Origin: Octopus vulgaris
Lineage: Eukaryota
DNA length: 64,000 bases
Direction of reading: 5' to 3'
Assembly: GCA_951406725.2 (NCBI GenBank)
Contig: OX597814.1
Coordinates: forward strand, 164,672,001 to 164,736,000
The position numbers and the translations under genes are program-made. The notes under the pieces were generated by a model, which saw only the letters and a list, made by a program, of their open reading frames with translations, made no database searches and was not told the origin of the DNA. Of the stretch, positions 13,264 through 27,016 are shown one piece after another (position 1 is the first letter of the stretch; each line of letters starts with the position of its first letter).

Positions 13264-14352
13264 GAAAATAGGAGATGGTGATGTTCATGCCTCTTCCATT
13301 AGCTACATATTTCCAGTAAAACGGCTGCAACAAAGAAATTAAAATGGCTTGCGGCAAGCCCAATAGCGCTCGCTACACACTCCAGCGAAATATTGTGATT
13401 ATCTTTGGTACTAAAACGCTTACAAGAGGAATAAGCTAGATGACACTCCATGAACATTTTCGAAGAGCATTAACAGTAACACAGTACTTAACGTAAACAG
13501 CTTCAGCTATGAACTGAAACTGTTAACGATTCCGTTTGCGGAGTGCTTATCTCTTATGCAATGTATATGGTCTACCTATAATAACATCTATATACATACA
13601 CTTATAGCAGTAGGACGCAATTGATCACTTATTTCCGTTCAGACTACATTATCCTCTCTGTCCTACCATCATTAATATAACAGTGTTCGATTTTGGGAAG
13701 ATTTACCGGCTGACCCTATAGAGAGGCCTTTATTGGCTTGCCACTACGAGAGTCGGCCTAAGTTCAAAGGCGTTCCAGTCATGACCATTTTCTAATGTAT
13801 CTTTAATAATCTTTAATAATAGTGTGAGTTGAGGGAAATTTGACTACTATTTCTAGCTGGTCAAGCGACCACATAAAAGCTGTCTCATTGACTTGAGTAA
13901 CATATATCAACCGAATTTGTTTACTAAGACATAGATTTTCGTAAAAACTGTAGCGATCAGATGTGATATACATCAAGTATTAAATCGGCACATAATTCGC
14001 CCTTAGTTTTTTGGGTTTTTTTTTTCCTCCAAATTTAAGATATTTATATGTCACATTTTAATCTGTCTTATATAGTACACATTAAGATAAGTGATTTCAA
14101 TCCTAAATATTTTTATAGACATTGAGATGTATACATTTCTGCATATGATCTGTTAACATGGGAAAGCTAGCAAACTAGCGACAGACTTAATGCTGAGATA
14201 GCAACACTGAAAGTGATCAAATAATGTTGAACAAGAAGGGCCAAACTGGTGGAAAGGAATTCTTCCAACTGCGAGCAGTTTAAAAAGTTTTATGTTATGC
14301 TAAGCATAAAAACGATAATATCAAAAGTATATGCGCGCGTGTGCGTGTGCGA

Positions 14353-14421
<69 letters not shown>

Positions 14422-14443
14422 TGTGTATGTGTGTGTGTGTGTG

Positions 14444-14841
14444 TATTCTTTTACTTGCTTCAGTCATTTGATCGCGGCCATGCTGGAGCAGGGTCTTTAG
14501 TCGAACAAATCGACCCTCAGGACATATTTTATCGGTCTCTTGTGTCGAACCGCTAAGTTACGGGGACGTAAGCATTCCAACAATTGGTTGTCAAGCGATG
14601 GTGGGGGGGACAAACACAGACACACAAATACATACATAAACACACACACACACATATACATACATACATATATATATATATGACTGGCTTTTTCAGTTTC
14701 CGTCTACCAAATCCATTCAAAAGGCTTTGGTCAGTCCGAAGCTATAGTAGAAGACACTTGCCCAAGAAGTCATGCAGTGGACTGAATCCGGAACCATGTG
14801 GTTGGGAAGCGAGCTTCTTACCACACAGCCACTCCTGCGCC
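14444..14841 (-). mobile_element. SINE family B, near full length with internal microsatellite
   Basis: Head (rc) ggcgcaggagtggctgtgtggtaag, CORE-like ttgggcaagtgtctt; a second older copy follows at 14843-15130. Confidence 0.88.
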
Positions 14842-15214
14842 TGTCATTGGACTGCCTTGGAGGGTTTAGTCGAACAAATTGACCCTAGTGCTTATTTTGT
14901 AAAGCTTAGTACTTATTTTGTCAGTATCTTTTGTCGAACCGCTAGGTAACTCTGACGCAAATGAATCAATACCACCTGTGAAGAGGAGAGTGACAAATAC
15001 ACACACACGTAGGTATATATATATAGCTTACAGTTTCCACCTGCTAAATCCATTCACAATGCTTGCGTGGGGTGGGGGCCAAGGTGCCACACTGCGAGAC
15101 TGAACCTAAGATTACATGGCTGGGAAACAAATGCACACACGCTCGCACACACACATACATGCATGTATAGGCCCCACAGAGATTATTTTGTAGACATAGG
15201 TCTAATAGAGAGAA

Positions 15215-15892
15215 GGCGCATGGCTCAGTGGGTAGAGTGTCGGTCTTACAATCGTGAGGTTGTGAGTTCGATTCCCAAACCGGGATGTGTGTTGTGTTCT
15301 TGAGTAAGACACTATATTTTCAAGTTCACTCAGCTTTAGAAATGATTTGCGACGTTACTGATGTCAAACTGTATCGGCCTTTGCCTTTCCCTTGGACAAC
15401 ATTGATGGCGTTAACACGTCGGGCAGAATGCTTAGCGGTATTTCGTCTGCCGCTACGTTCTGAGTTCAAATTCCGCCGAGGTCGACTTTGCCTTTCATCC
15501 TTTCGGGGTCGATTAAATAAGTACCAGTTACGCACTGGAGTCGATATAATCGACTTAATCCGTTTGTCTGTCCTTGTCTGTGCTCTCTGTGTTTAGCCCC
15601 TTGTGGGTAGTAAAGAAACAGGTATTTCGTCTGCCGTTACATTCTGAGTTCAAATTCCGTAGAGGTCGACTTTACCTTTCTTCCTTTCAGGGTCGATGAA
15701 TTAAGTATCAGTTGCATACTGGGGTCGATCTAATCGATTGGCGCCGTCCCCAAAATTAGGCCTTTTGCTTTGAGTAGAAAAGAACATTGATGGCGTGAAG
15801 AAGGAAGGCTGGTATGCACAGGCCACTGCTGGTCTTCCACAAAGCAACCTTGCCTCAGAAGTGAACTTCCTAGGGGCGAACGTCCCATGGCT
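15215..15892 (+). mobile_element. SINE family C, interrupted by SINE A
   Basis: ggcgcatggctcagtgggtagag (A box), gagttcgattccc (B box), ttcttgagtaagacac; resumes at 15783. Confidence 0.85.
15412..15782 (+). mobile_element. SINE family A heterodimer nested in SINE C
   Basis: Perfect 14-bp TSD aacattgatggcgt at 15398-15411 and 15783-15796; unit 2 ends in the alternative tail cccccaaaattaggcctt..agtagaaa. Confidence 0.88.
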
Positions 15893-16589
15893 AGCTGTGG
15901 CCGAAGAAGCTCTTTAATCTTCACTCTGCTCTTTTGGTCTAAAAGCATGTGCGAACCCACGGATAAGGCTGGAGGGGAGAAGCTAAACAATCAATGCTTG
16001 GTTACTGAGGGAAGTCACTTAGTTGTTTCACTTTAGGCTAGCTATGGTTGGACAGATCTATCATCAAAGCCATTCTAAGCGCGATCGTTCCATAACTTTA
16101 TGCGTTCAAGACTGAATTAGCCCACGTGTTCTGAGTTTTTTGTTTTCTTTTCTTTTGAATAAGTGGGATGTGATTTCAAAGAGCTTTGGTTAGCATTTCT
16201 TGCAGATCAAGGGAACACGTAGGAACTAACTTGTTGCCTCGAGATAAAACAGCTCTTTGGTGGTAACGAGATTGGTTAATAGTAAAGTGAAGATAGACAG
16301 AAGAGCATTGGCAAATATTGATATACGATGTGTATGCATGTGTGTGCCGTCTGGGAGTATATGTGTGTGAATGTGTGTGTGTATGTGTGCGTGTGTGTGT
16401 GTGTGTGTGCGTGCGTGTCTGTGCGTGCGTGTATATATGTGTGTATTGAGAAGAGACACTTCATTGAAATACACATGTGAATAGTTTGATAAAGAAACAT
16501 TCGCTTTGACATAGACATACTCAGACATACTCACAAAATACATAGAAATTCACACTCAAACACATATACACACACCTAGACACAGTCAA

Positions 16590-16820
16590 ATGTGTGTGTA
16601 TACATAAATACAATTCACACAACACACACACATATATATATAAATACATACATATACATATGTATATATATACAAGTATATATATACATACATGCATATA
16701 TATATATATATACATACATATATACATACATACATATATACATACATACGTATATATATTTATACATACATACATATATATATAATACATATCTATATAT
16801 ATACATACATATCTATATAT

Positions 16821-16861
<41 letters not shown>

Positions 16862-16984
16862 TATACATATATATACATACATATACATACATATATATAT
16901 ACATACATATATATACATACCAATACATACATATATATATATATATACATACATATATATATACATACATATACATATATACAT

Positions 16985-17038
<54 letters not shown>

Positions 17039-17077
17039 GTACATATGTATGAATGTATATATGTATGTATTTATATG

Positions 17078-17118
<41 letters not shown>

Positions 17119-17215
17119 TACATCCAAATACACACATGTATATATATATATAAATGTATGTCTGTATATATGTATGCATGCGTGCCTCTGTGTGTGTATG
17201 TATGTATGCGTGTGT
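16590..17215. repeat. ~620-bp alternating purine-pyrimidine compound microsatellite
   Basis: TA/CA/TACA mosaics; source of 150-214 aa Y/I/H/T pseudo-ORFs. Confidence 0.95.
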
Positions 17216-17289
17216 TGGTTATGTTTAGATATATAGAAAGTTAGACAGATAAACAGACGTTTGTAAGTTGTTGCGATATGATAAAAAAT

Positions 17290-17610
17290 AATGTCAGTTT
17301 TGTCAAGCCAGTGTGTAAGACACACCATCAACAACTGGCCCAACATTTCTAGCTAGTTGCTACATTGCTATAAGACAAGATGGCGTATAAAAACAATATA
17401 CAATACAATTGATAGAAAAAAATTGCTGAGCCTGAAAGACCAGAAAGAAGTACTGTTATCATGGAATGTATGCTCACATATAAAAATAAAGAATACTTGT
17501 GGAAGTTGGAAGAATTCTGTGAAAGAGTACCCTTTTCTGTACAAGCACAACAAACCTGATATTGTCCTCTGAGACAGGGAACAAAACTCGTGTAGTGTTG
17601 TGTGAACAAG
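17290..17610 (+). pseudogene. Possible highly decayed piggyBac-like transposase C-terminus
   Basis: Fragments resembling a Cys-rich end (CSHIKIKNTCGSWKNSV); weak. Confidence 0.25.
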
Positions 17611-18077
17611 CTACTCGGTATATATATCTCTGGTTAATTTGTACGGAAGAATATCAACTATGAATAAAATATAAGTACAAGGATAGTCAAGTGGTTAAGG
17701 AGTTCGCTTCGTAATTTCATGTTTCTCGGGTTAGATTCTGAGGTGCCAGTTCTGGGGCATGTTACCTTTATAGTAGCTTCGAGCTAACAAATAAATTAAG
17801 TGTGGAATTTGGTTAACGTAATCTATACCGAAGACCAACGAATATATATAGGCTTACAATGGTTTGACTACGTTGCTTTCTGTATTATATATATATATAA
17901 GATACAAAATGGGACAAGAAGGCAAAAGATCCGGACAACTAGGTGATACAAAAAGGGGACAACAAAATATTCAGATAGACGATACAAAAAAAAAAAAAAC
18001 AAGTACGGGTCATTCGAAGCTTTCTATCCTCAGTCAAGAACCGGATCATCCTCGCAATTTCGGCTGACACACATAGT

Positions 18078-18434
18078 GGCGGCGCAATGGCCCAGTGGTT
18101 AGGGCAGCGGACTCGCGGTCGTAGGCTCGCGTTTTCGATTCCCAGACCGGGCGTTGTGAGAGTTTATTGAGCGAAAACACTTAAAACTTCACGAAGCTCC
18201 AGCAGAGGGTGGTGGCGAATCCTGCTTTACTCTTTCACCACAACTTTCTCTCATTCTTTCTTCCTGTTTCTGTTGAACCTGTATTTGAAAGTGCCAGCCT
18301 TGTCACACTCTGTGTCACGCTGAATCTCCCCGGGAACTTTGTTAAGACTACACGTGTCTGTGGAGTGCTCAGCCACTTGCACGTTAATTGATTGGATCAA
18401 CTGGAACCCTCGTTGTCGTAACCGACGGAGTGCC
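18078..18434 (+). mobile_element. SINE family D, full length
   Basis: ggcggcgcaatggcccagtggttagggc (A box), ttcgattccc (B box), tail ending gtcgtaaccgacggagtgcc. Confidence 0.85.
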
Positions 18435-18452
18435 GTAGTATATATATATAAA

Positions 18453-18653
18453 GGGAAAGTTTACGAAAATAAACAAAAGACGAAGGCAGGTGGAGTACAA
18501 ACAAACAAATGTATTAGTATAGCGCTCAGGAGTAGAAAATGTCTTTACGTTTCGAGCCTACGCTCTTCGACAGAAAGATACACAGAAAAAAAACAAAGAG
18601 AGAAAAAAAAGAGAGAACAAAAAGGAGAGAAAAATGCGTGTAGGAGCTAACGA

Positions 18654-18655
<2 letters not shown>
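18453..18655 (-). mobile_element. (TA)n-embedded ~200-bp Penelope-like element with variant minimal hammerhead
   Basis: rc of 18541-18578: tcttt-CTGTCGA-a-GAGC-gtag-GCTC-GAAAC-GTA-aagac; homologous to 61609-61808. Confidence 0.7.
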
Positions 18656-18720
<65 letters not shown>

Positions 18721-18967
18721 ATATATATGTGTGTGTGTGTAGCACATGTAAGAGAAATTACAATAAACACAATTTTATATTATATATGTTGTGTGTTTAT
18801 GTTTATTGACGTAAATCGATGTGTCAAGCAGTGTTTCATCATGTCATCGTACTAATATGTAGTACAGAAATTGCTAAAATAATACCAAACTAAAATATAT
18901 TCTGAGTGGAATACGACCAGCTAAACCCATCTGTATATATATGCATGTGTGTATATATATATATATA

Positions 18968-19016
<49 letters not shown>

Positions 19017-19438
19017 TAATATATATATGCATGTATATATATATCGAACCCCCAGCGCTCTGAGCGAATCCCTGTGGTTTCAACACACACACATGTCGTT
19101 GAGAGATTTCTCTAAGATTAAATATTACAGCTAGTATCTTTCTACGTTTGTATACACAACAAAATGACACACACCGGTATTCTAACCGAATATTCGAATG
19201 CAGGTGTTGTCATACTTCAGTCCTTCCTAAACCTCTGTAACCTCCGCATGTATTGTCATCAAAATGCAGCATAGATTGACACTGATGCTATATATGCACA
19301 GCTTTCGAAGACACCACCAAGCCGAATATGATAAGATATTGTTCTTTTTCAATAGCATGAAAATAGAATGTCATAAGTTACCGCAGTCTATACATCGTTT
19401 TAAACAATCTTATCTGGAGAACACGTATATAGAATATT

Positions 19439-19670
19439 TATTTCTTTATTGCCCACAAGGGGCTAAACATAGAGGGGACAAACAAGGACAGATAAAGGGA
19501 TTAAGTCGATTACATCGACCCCAGTGCGTAACTGGTACTTATTTAATCGACCCCGAAAGGATGAAAGGCAAAGTCGACCTCGGCGGAATTTGAACTCACA
19601 ACGTAACGACAGACGAAATACCGCTAAGCATTTCGCCCGGCGTGCTAACGTTTCTGCCAGCTCGCCGCCT
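19439..19670 (-). mobile_element. SINE family A monomer, full length
   Basis: 18-bp TSD acacgtatatagaatatt at 19421-19438 and 19674-19691. Confidence 0.93.
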
Positions 19671-19773
19671 TCTACACGTATATAGAATATTGCCAACAAC
19701 TGTATCACAATGATTAAGGCTTCTTAATTAGGGCCAGAGTTATTATAGCGAGGTTCAATTATTCTCCTACAAA

Positions 19774-20034
19774 CATTACGCCCGGAACAGGGAGTGCAGG
19801 GGATGCATGTGCATCACCTAAATTTTGGTGGGATGTAAAATCAAAATTTGTACCCCTACTTATTTTTCTCGTATTAGAAAACAGTGCGTAAAAAGCGATC
19901 TGTAAAAACTAGCTTAAAGTTAGGTTCTTTCTTAAAGAACAAAGAACAAAAATAAAAGACAATGAAACCTTGTTCGTAAAACGATTTGAACCTGGTTTTG
20001 CGCCCCCTAAGCAAACTTAGTTCCCGAGTCAGTG
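19774..20034. mobile_element. hAT-like MITE
   Basis: Degenerate 15-bp TIRs cattacgcccggaac / gttcccgagtcagtg; 8-bp TSD cctacaaa / tctacaaa. Confidence 0.55.
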
Positions 20035-21480
20035 TCTACAAAACACTGACCTGCAACGGATGGGAAACCGCTGTTTGTTGCTTCTCATAGAAATGATGTT
20101 GGTCAAACTGAAAAACAATGTATAACAGCCTCCATTCAAGCTAGTAGCTATTCATATCTATGTCATACCTGTTGTATTCTGTGCTAAAACCTTTCTCTAC
20201 TTATTCCTCCTCACAGTTGCAATCACGCCAATGCGTTTCCGTCAGGCGACAACTTGCATTAGTTCAATCTCAACATTAACTGCGTCGATCTTACCAGTTT
20301 TGAAGGGTGGCCTACTTAATAATAGTATATTTCTTTAATATTTTTTTTCTCTGGTTCCCATAACTTGAGTGGCTGAAACGGATGACATATTTTCAATAAC
20401 TTCTTTTTTTTTTAGGTCGTACTATTGACTTTGACAAAATTATTTCAACAAATTAAAAATATGGCGTTTTTGTTTTAAATCATGTGAGTCCTAATATGTA
20501 AATATAGATATATTAAAGTATAACAAAATAACCTAGAGAGAAATATACGATGTTATTTGGAATAATGTGACACAATAACATCTGAAGATACAATCTTCGG
20601 TGTCATCATTGAACAAACAATGAGTGAAATAATTACCCATCTTGATTCAATTTTAATGCTTGCTTTAAAACGTTATGTCAAACTTGTTTTAAAACCTAGC
20701 AACCATATGTAAAATGTGTTATATGTCTGAGCGCACGTGCGTACGTGGGCGCACGCGTGTGTTTTAGGCATGCCTCCAACTTAATAGATCAACTCTCATT
20801 AAATGAGCATCATCTTCCTGCAGGCTAATATAACATTAACTATTTAATACTTTTTATAAGCTACACTTCTCAGTTATGTTGATGAGAGCCATGAATGAGT
20901 GTTTAATTAAATATTAACATAACTTTCTGCCAGAAGTATAAATAATATCCTCTATAACAAAATAAAGATATAAATGAATCTCCCAAAATAGAATTTAATA
21001 TAAAATATGAAGGTTCTTTACGCAAATTCACAATGATATCAAATTAACCATGATTATAAAAGGCTTTCACAAATATTTCTAATTTCCTTGTGTATTTCTT
21101 GAAAAATAAGATAATTAGGTACACACACGCACATATACTGCATATATGTTCTATTTATTCTTGAACCCTGGGACAAATAAGGCTTCTCAGCTGGTTTCCA
21201 TGGTGCATAAGTGACCGAGATCACCACATTCTCTTGAACAGAATGGCAATTTGTTGCAGAGTTCAAAGCCAGTAATTTTAAGGGTAGGGGACAGTTAATT
21301 ACATTGAACTGCATACTCTACTGGTATTTTATTTTATTGATACCGAAACGATAAAAGAGAAAGTTGAACCTGGCAGGATTTGAACTCAAAACGTAAAGAA
21401 CCAGAAGAAATTTTATCCGACGTGCTAACGATTCTGCCAGATAGCCGCTTGCAGACTTAAATATTATTCTCTTATTTACA

Positions 21481-21817
21481 AGGCAGTGAGTTGGCAGAAT
21501 CGTTAGCACGCGAGGCAAAGTGTTTCATCCTTTCGAGGTCAATAAATTAAGTACCAGTTACGCACTGAGGTCGATGTAATCGACTTAATCCCTTTGTCTG
21601 TCCTTGTTTGTCCCCTCTGTGTTTAGCCGCTTGTGGGTAGTAAAGAAATAGGTGTTTCGCCTGTCGTTACGTTCTGAGTCCAAATTCCATCGAAGTCGAC
21701 CTCGCCTTTCATCCTTTCGGGATCGATAAAATAAGTACCAGTTACGCACTGGGGTCGATAAAATCGATTAGTTCCCTTCCCCCAAAATTTTCAACGTCTT
21801 GTTCCTAGAGTAGAAAT
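21481..21817 (+). mobile_element. SINE family A heterodimer with internal deletion, head-to-head with an older minus-strand copy (21265-21450)
   Basis: TSD attattctcttatt at ~21463-21476 and ~21819-21832; junction aaagaaataggtgtttcg at ~21650. Confidence 0.85.
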
Positions 21818-22194
21818 AATTATTCTCTTATTCATGCACTGGTTTCAGTCTCTAGAGACAGAGGTCATACTGGGCCAATGTATTCGGTGTGAACTCGATT
21901 CTATCAGCTTTGGTATTTCATTGTTACTTAGTTTACCAAACGCAGGAACATGATAGGCCAAGTCGATAGGGTAGGATTTGAACTCTGAACGTAAAGGAAT
22001 GAAGCTTTGTTTCATCAGCCTAATATATATAAAATCCTTAAATCCTTAAATATGATTCAGTTCGAAGGCTGCGGCCATGCTGGGGCACCACCGCTGTATA
22101 TATATATTTTTTTACTACTTTCAGCCTGTGGGATTTACCAATACCAGGGCACAGACAAAGATTATATCTTCTTTTTTCAAAATTCCTTTATTTT

Positions 22195-22548
22195 TTTGTC
22201 ATTTGACTGCGGCCATGCTGGAGCACTGCCTTGAAGGGTTCTAGTCGAACAGATCTCAGGACTTATTTTTTTAAGACTTGTACTTATTCTATCGGTCGCT
22301 TTTGCCGAACCGCTAGTTTAAGGGAGCGTAAATCCACCAACACCGGTTGTCAAACGGCGATGGGGAGAAAAATACACACATACACATATATATACATACG
22401 ACGGGCTTCTTCCAGTTTCCGATGAAAGCTTTCGTCGGCCCGATACTATGAGTAGAAAACACTTGCTCAAGTGTGCCACTGCGTGATACTGAACCCGGAA
22501 CTATGTGATTGGGAAGCAAGCTTCTAACCACACAGCTACGCCTGCACC
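22195..22548 (-). mobile_element. SINE family B
   Basis: Matches the family B tail-to-head sequence. Confidence 0.85.
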
Positions 22549-22554
22549 TAGTAC

Positions 22555-22625
<71 letters not shown>

Positions 22626-22857
22626 TATATGTATGCATAATGCGTATTCATGTGTGTAAACAAGAGAGGCAGAGACAGGCAGAGACAGGAAGAAACAAGG
22701 AAAATGCCCCTTGTATTTGAATACAAATCATTTAATTTTTCCAAAATTTAATTGTTTTCCATACTTAGAGTTTGAAAAAGTCTCAATGACAAAACCGGTA
22801 CTAAAATGTTTTTTATGATAAAATTATTTTAGCATTTTCCACCTTGACTTTTTTCCT

Positions 22858-22913
<56 letters not shown>

Positions 22914-22986
22914 CGCCCACTCATACATCTCCTCATATATATATATATATATATACACTCACATACATGTGTGTGCGTGCTTGCGC

Positions 22987-23034
<48 letters not shown>

Positions 23035-23746
23035 GCGTGAGTACGTGTGTGTTTGCATGAACGACGGAAAATGAATGGCTAAATGCATAAATGAATTCTT
23101 TAAATAATAAATGGGATAGAAACAAAGAATAAGTGTGAGGTGATAAATGATGTCGGTACAAGGATGATATCTCTGAATTGAATAAACAGACGAGAAAGAG
23201 AGAGAGAGAGGGGGAAGAGAAAGAGAGAGGGAAGAGAAAGAGAGAGGCAAGGGAGGTAGTGAAGGGTAAGAGCTGAAGAAAAATTGTCTGTTTATTGAAA
23301 TGTTCGGCGGTAGAAATAAAAACTAAAAGGAGAAAAGAAGGAAAGTAAGATGTAATCCAGAATAAGTGGAGAAAGAAAGTGAGGAGAAAGCAAGTAGTAA
23401 ATAAGAAAGAAACGAAAGGAAAAGAAGAGTAAAGGTCAAACTTAAGAAGAAATGAACAAGAATATGATGGAAAAGTATAGTAAAACTGGTGGGAGAAGAA
23501 CGAAAGAAAAAGCGTTAACACAAGAGGAAAGATGGAGGAAAAGATTTAAAGTGAAAAGGAAAAAGAAGAGAAACACCTTGAAATTGTCGATGGTATAGCC
23601 GTATGTTTATAGTCTGAAAGATGGCGGGAAGAACGGTGTAGGTTATATTTTGGTAGCTGTCGTTCTTCAACCCCAAGACAACCCTGATTGAGTAGACCTA
23701 TGATCAAAGGCATACCGACCATAACTATCCTGTTGTTTTCCTATAC

Positions 23747-23977
23747 ATTTCTTTACTGCCCACAAGGGGCTAAACAAAGATGGGACGAACAAGGACAGAC
23801 AAAGGGATTAAGTCGATTACAGCGACCCCAGTGCGAAACTGGTACTTTATTTATAGACCCTGAAAGGATGAAAGGCAAAGTCGACCTCGGCGGAATTTGA
23901 ACTCAGAACGTAACGACAGACGAAATACCGCTAAGCATTTCGCCCGGCGCGCTAACGTTTCTGCCAGCTCGACGCCT
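23747..23977 (-). mobile_element. SINE family A monomer inserted in family-E repeat
   Basis: TSD ttgttttcctata at 23733-23745 and 23981-23993. Confidence 0.92.
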
Positions 23978-24489
23978 TATTTGTTTTCCTATATGTAAGG
24001 AACATAGGACATCATTATCTAATGTGTACTTATTTTCAGACGGTAGGGTGTTTTGAGGGAGATTCAGCTCTTATTTCTTGTGGGATTAGTGATCCTTCGT
24101 TGGCTCGGCACATCGTGAGAGTTAGAGATGCTGTTACTTGATGATTTGGAGTTGAGATTAACGGCCATTGATATCGCTGGTTGTGATACCGTTAGAGATG
24201 TTGATGGTGGTGTTAGTGGCGATTTGTGGAAGGCAATGATGGTGATGTGCATAGCGGCGATTGGGTCGAAAATAGTTGTTTGTGTTGTTGATGGTAGTGG
24301 TGATGGTAATGGTGGTGGCCGGGATGTTATCGCAAGTGATGTGTATGCAGAGATTATCCAGCTGTGGTGGTGACGTGAAAGGGCGTCTGCTGAGAAAAGG
24401 AAGTGAGACTTGCTACCACTTCAGGCGAAGAATGAATGAAATACACTGTTCCTACTTCTCACTGGAAGAGACTGTGTCTGTGTGGTGAG

Positions 24490-24945
24490 AGGAAGACAAC
24501 GATGACGATGAAGAAGAAGAAGAAGAAGACGAAGAAGAAGAAGAAGAAGAAGAAGAAGAAGAAGAAGAAGAAGAAGAAGAAAAAGAAGAAGAAGAAGAAG
24601 AAGAAGAGGAGGAGGAGGAGGGAGGGGAGGAGAGAGGGGTGCAGAGGTGGAAGAGAAAGAGGACGAGAAAATAACAGGAAGTGGTTGGGTATTTGCCAGA
24701 ATAAGACACAGAGGTGGAAAGATAAAAAAAGACAACAAAAAGACAAAAAAGAAAGAAGAAAGGAAAAAGAAAGTAAGTAAAGGAAGGAAGGAAGGAAGGG
24801 AAGATAGGAAAAAGGAAAAAGAAAGTAAGTGAAGGAAGGAAGGAAGGAAGGGAAGATAGGAAAAAGGAAAAAGAAAGTAAGTAAAGTAAGTAAAGGAAGG
24901 AAGGAAGGAAGGGAAGATAGGAAGAAAAAAGGGCAACAAAAGAAT
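24490..24945. repeat. (AAG)n tract plus purine-rich ~50-55-bp triplicated unit
   Basis: (AAG)n at 24510-24607; aggaaaaagaaagtaag..ggaagggaagatagg three times at 24762-24925. Confidence 0.9.
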
Positions 24946-25254
24946 ATAGTATAAAAAGTGATCAATGTATGAAAGATGGAGGGGGTGGGACAAAAAGGAG
25001 TATATACAGTGGTAGGTGGGTATGTAACCGGAAGTTTAAGGAACTGAGAAAGGACTGTAATAGGGAGCTGAAAGAAAAAAGAAAGCACGAAGGGAGTGAG
25101 AGAGAAAAAGTGAGAATAAGATAGATCGAGGATGAAAGCGAAAGCAAAAAAACATGAAAGCAAGTGAGAGATATATAAATAGATATATAGATAGATAGAT
25201 AGATAGATAGCAGGACAGACAGACAGACATACAGACAGATAGATAGACAGATAA

Positions 25255-25375
<121 letters not shown>

Positions 25376-25479
25376 AAGATAGAAAAAGGGAGAGAGTGAG
25401 ATTATTGGACCTGAATGCGTCATTGCTTTGGAAGGTGACATCACGTAATGTATCAGAGAATGGTTCAGTATGAAATGAT

Positions 25480-25790
25480 GTGTTAACGTGAGAGAATGTG
25501 AGAGAGCGATAGAATATTTTAGCGTGAGAGAATGTGCTCTCGCGTGAGCGAGGTTCAGTAAAAAGAGGGAATTCGGTAGCGCGAGTGAAGGTGTTTAGAG
25601 TGTTTAAGTTTGAGTGAATGTGTCAGCGTGAGAAGTGTCAGTATGACTGAATATAGAGTCTGAGAGAATGTGTTAGTGCAAGAATATGTCAGTGTAAGAA
25701 AATATACGTTTGAAGGAATATGTCAGTCAGTGTCAGAGTATGTGTCATTCTTTTACAATGTGTCGTTGTTTCAGTATGTGTCAATGCAAA
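25480..25790. repeat. Degenerate 16-18-bp minisatellite (consensus ~agcgtgagagaatgtgtc)
   Basis: Recurrent gtgagagaatgtg / gaatatgtcagt / tatgtgtca motifs. Confidence 0.6.
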
Positions 25791-26142
25791 AGAAGTGGTG
25801 TGTATGACAAGGGGGTTTAAACGAGATAGCAAAAGATTAACGAAACTATAAAATATGTTGAATATTCCAGAAATGTAGCCTTTCGTATGAAATATACATA
25901 AACATGTATTTGGCTGCTATGTTTAGCATGACAACCGACCGCTATAGAATCTGAATATAAGGCAATTTTAGAGCTAATAGTTTTAACTTAGGGCGGTCAT
26001 CACAAGTTATTCCGAGATGGAGGGCTTCCAGTGTTACGAGAACTATACTGATGAGCTTCATTATGTTGAAACAGTAGACTATCATGTACTTTACTGGCAT
26101 TAGCATTGTACATTTTGTTATAAAGCAGAAGCGCCCATGACC

Positions 26143-26186
<44 letters not shown>

Positions 26187-26249
26187 GAGAAACTTTTACT
26201 GCTGGTTTCTATAGACTCTAATGAAAATGACGTAAATAAAATAATAAAT

Positions 26250-26496
26250 GCGCCCTTTTAAAGCCTCACCAGGCTCATGGGCCCGGTTTCCCGGTTTCAG
26301 TGGCGTATGTGTTCCCCCCAGCTGGATGGGATGCCAGTCTATCGCAGCGTTGCTCATTTTTGCCAGCTGAGTGGACTGGAGCAACGTGAAATGGAGTGTT
26401 TTGCTCAAGAACACAACGCGTCGTCCGGTCCAGGAATCGAAACCACAATCTTACGATCATGATGCTGACACCCCAACCACTAAGCCACGCGCCTCC
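26250..26496 (-). mobile_element. SINE with family-C head and V-domain-like tail
   Basis: rc: ggaggcgcgtggcttagtgg..tcttgagcaaaacac..gctccagtccactcagctggcaaaaatgag then ctgcgatagactggcatcccatccag. Confidence 0.8.
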
Positions 26497-27016
26497 ACAT
26501 ATAATACACATTCTCACAGATAATAATACACATATATGAATTCACAACAATATTTATATTGTTTTCTCATGTATTTAACAACACTGTGTACGAAGACCGG
26601 GTTTATTTGTGTTTGCATTTGTCCTATTTTTGGTTATAACGTAAAATCACAGAAGCTATTTAATGCAGGAATTTGAAGAAGGAATCGCGAGATGACAATC
26701 GTTTCAACCTACCAATATATATATATATTTATATACCCTTGAAATAAAGTGCACTTTACGTTTAAAGGATTGTTATATCAGCCAAGTTGTTAGTACATTT
26801 ATGGTGCGATCATAGTAATGTAAGGATTAAAGACATGTGGTGGCAGCAGTAGTTGTCGTAGTAGCTGTAGTAGTAGTAGTAGTAGTAGTAGTAGTTGCTG
26901 CTGCTGTTGTTGTTGTTATTGTTGTTGTTGTTGTTGTTGTTGTATGATCAGAAGCGTTCCAGTATTGCCTATCCTGTTTCATTTTTAGACTTCGTGTATA
27001 TGAAGCTGACAAAATA

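Noticed and set aside
13310-13680. Possible RTE-clade LINE remnant
   Set aside because: Only faint resemblance to an RRLRFAGH-type motif; too decayed to support
19264-19708. Recurrent ORF peptides such as IDPERMKGKVDLGGI and FRRGRLCLSSFRGR
   Set aside because: Translations of SINE family A, not a protein family
20190-20310. Apparent 3' splice acceptor (polypyrimidine-cacag) followed by an open frame
   Set aside because: Resembles a decayed CR1/L2 3' end like 5450-5550; no good donor
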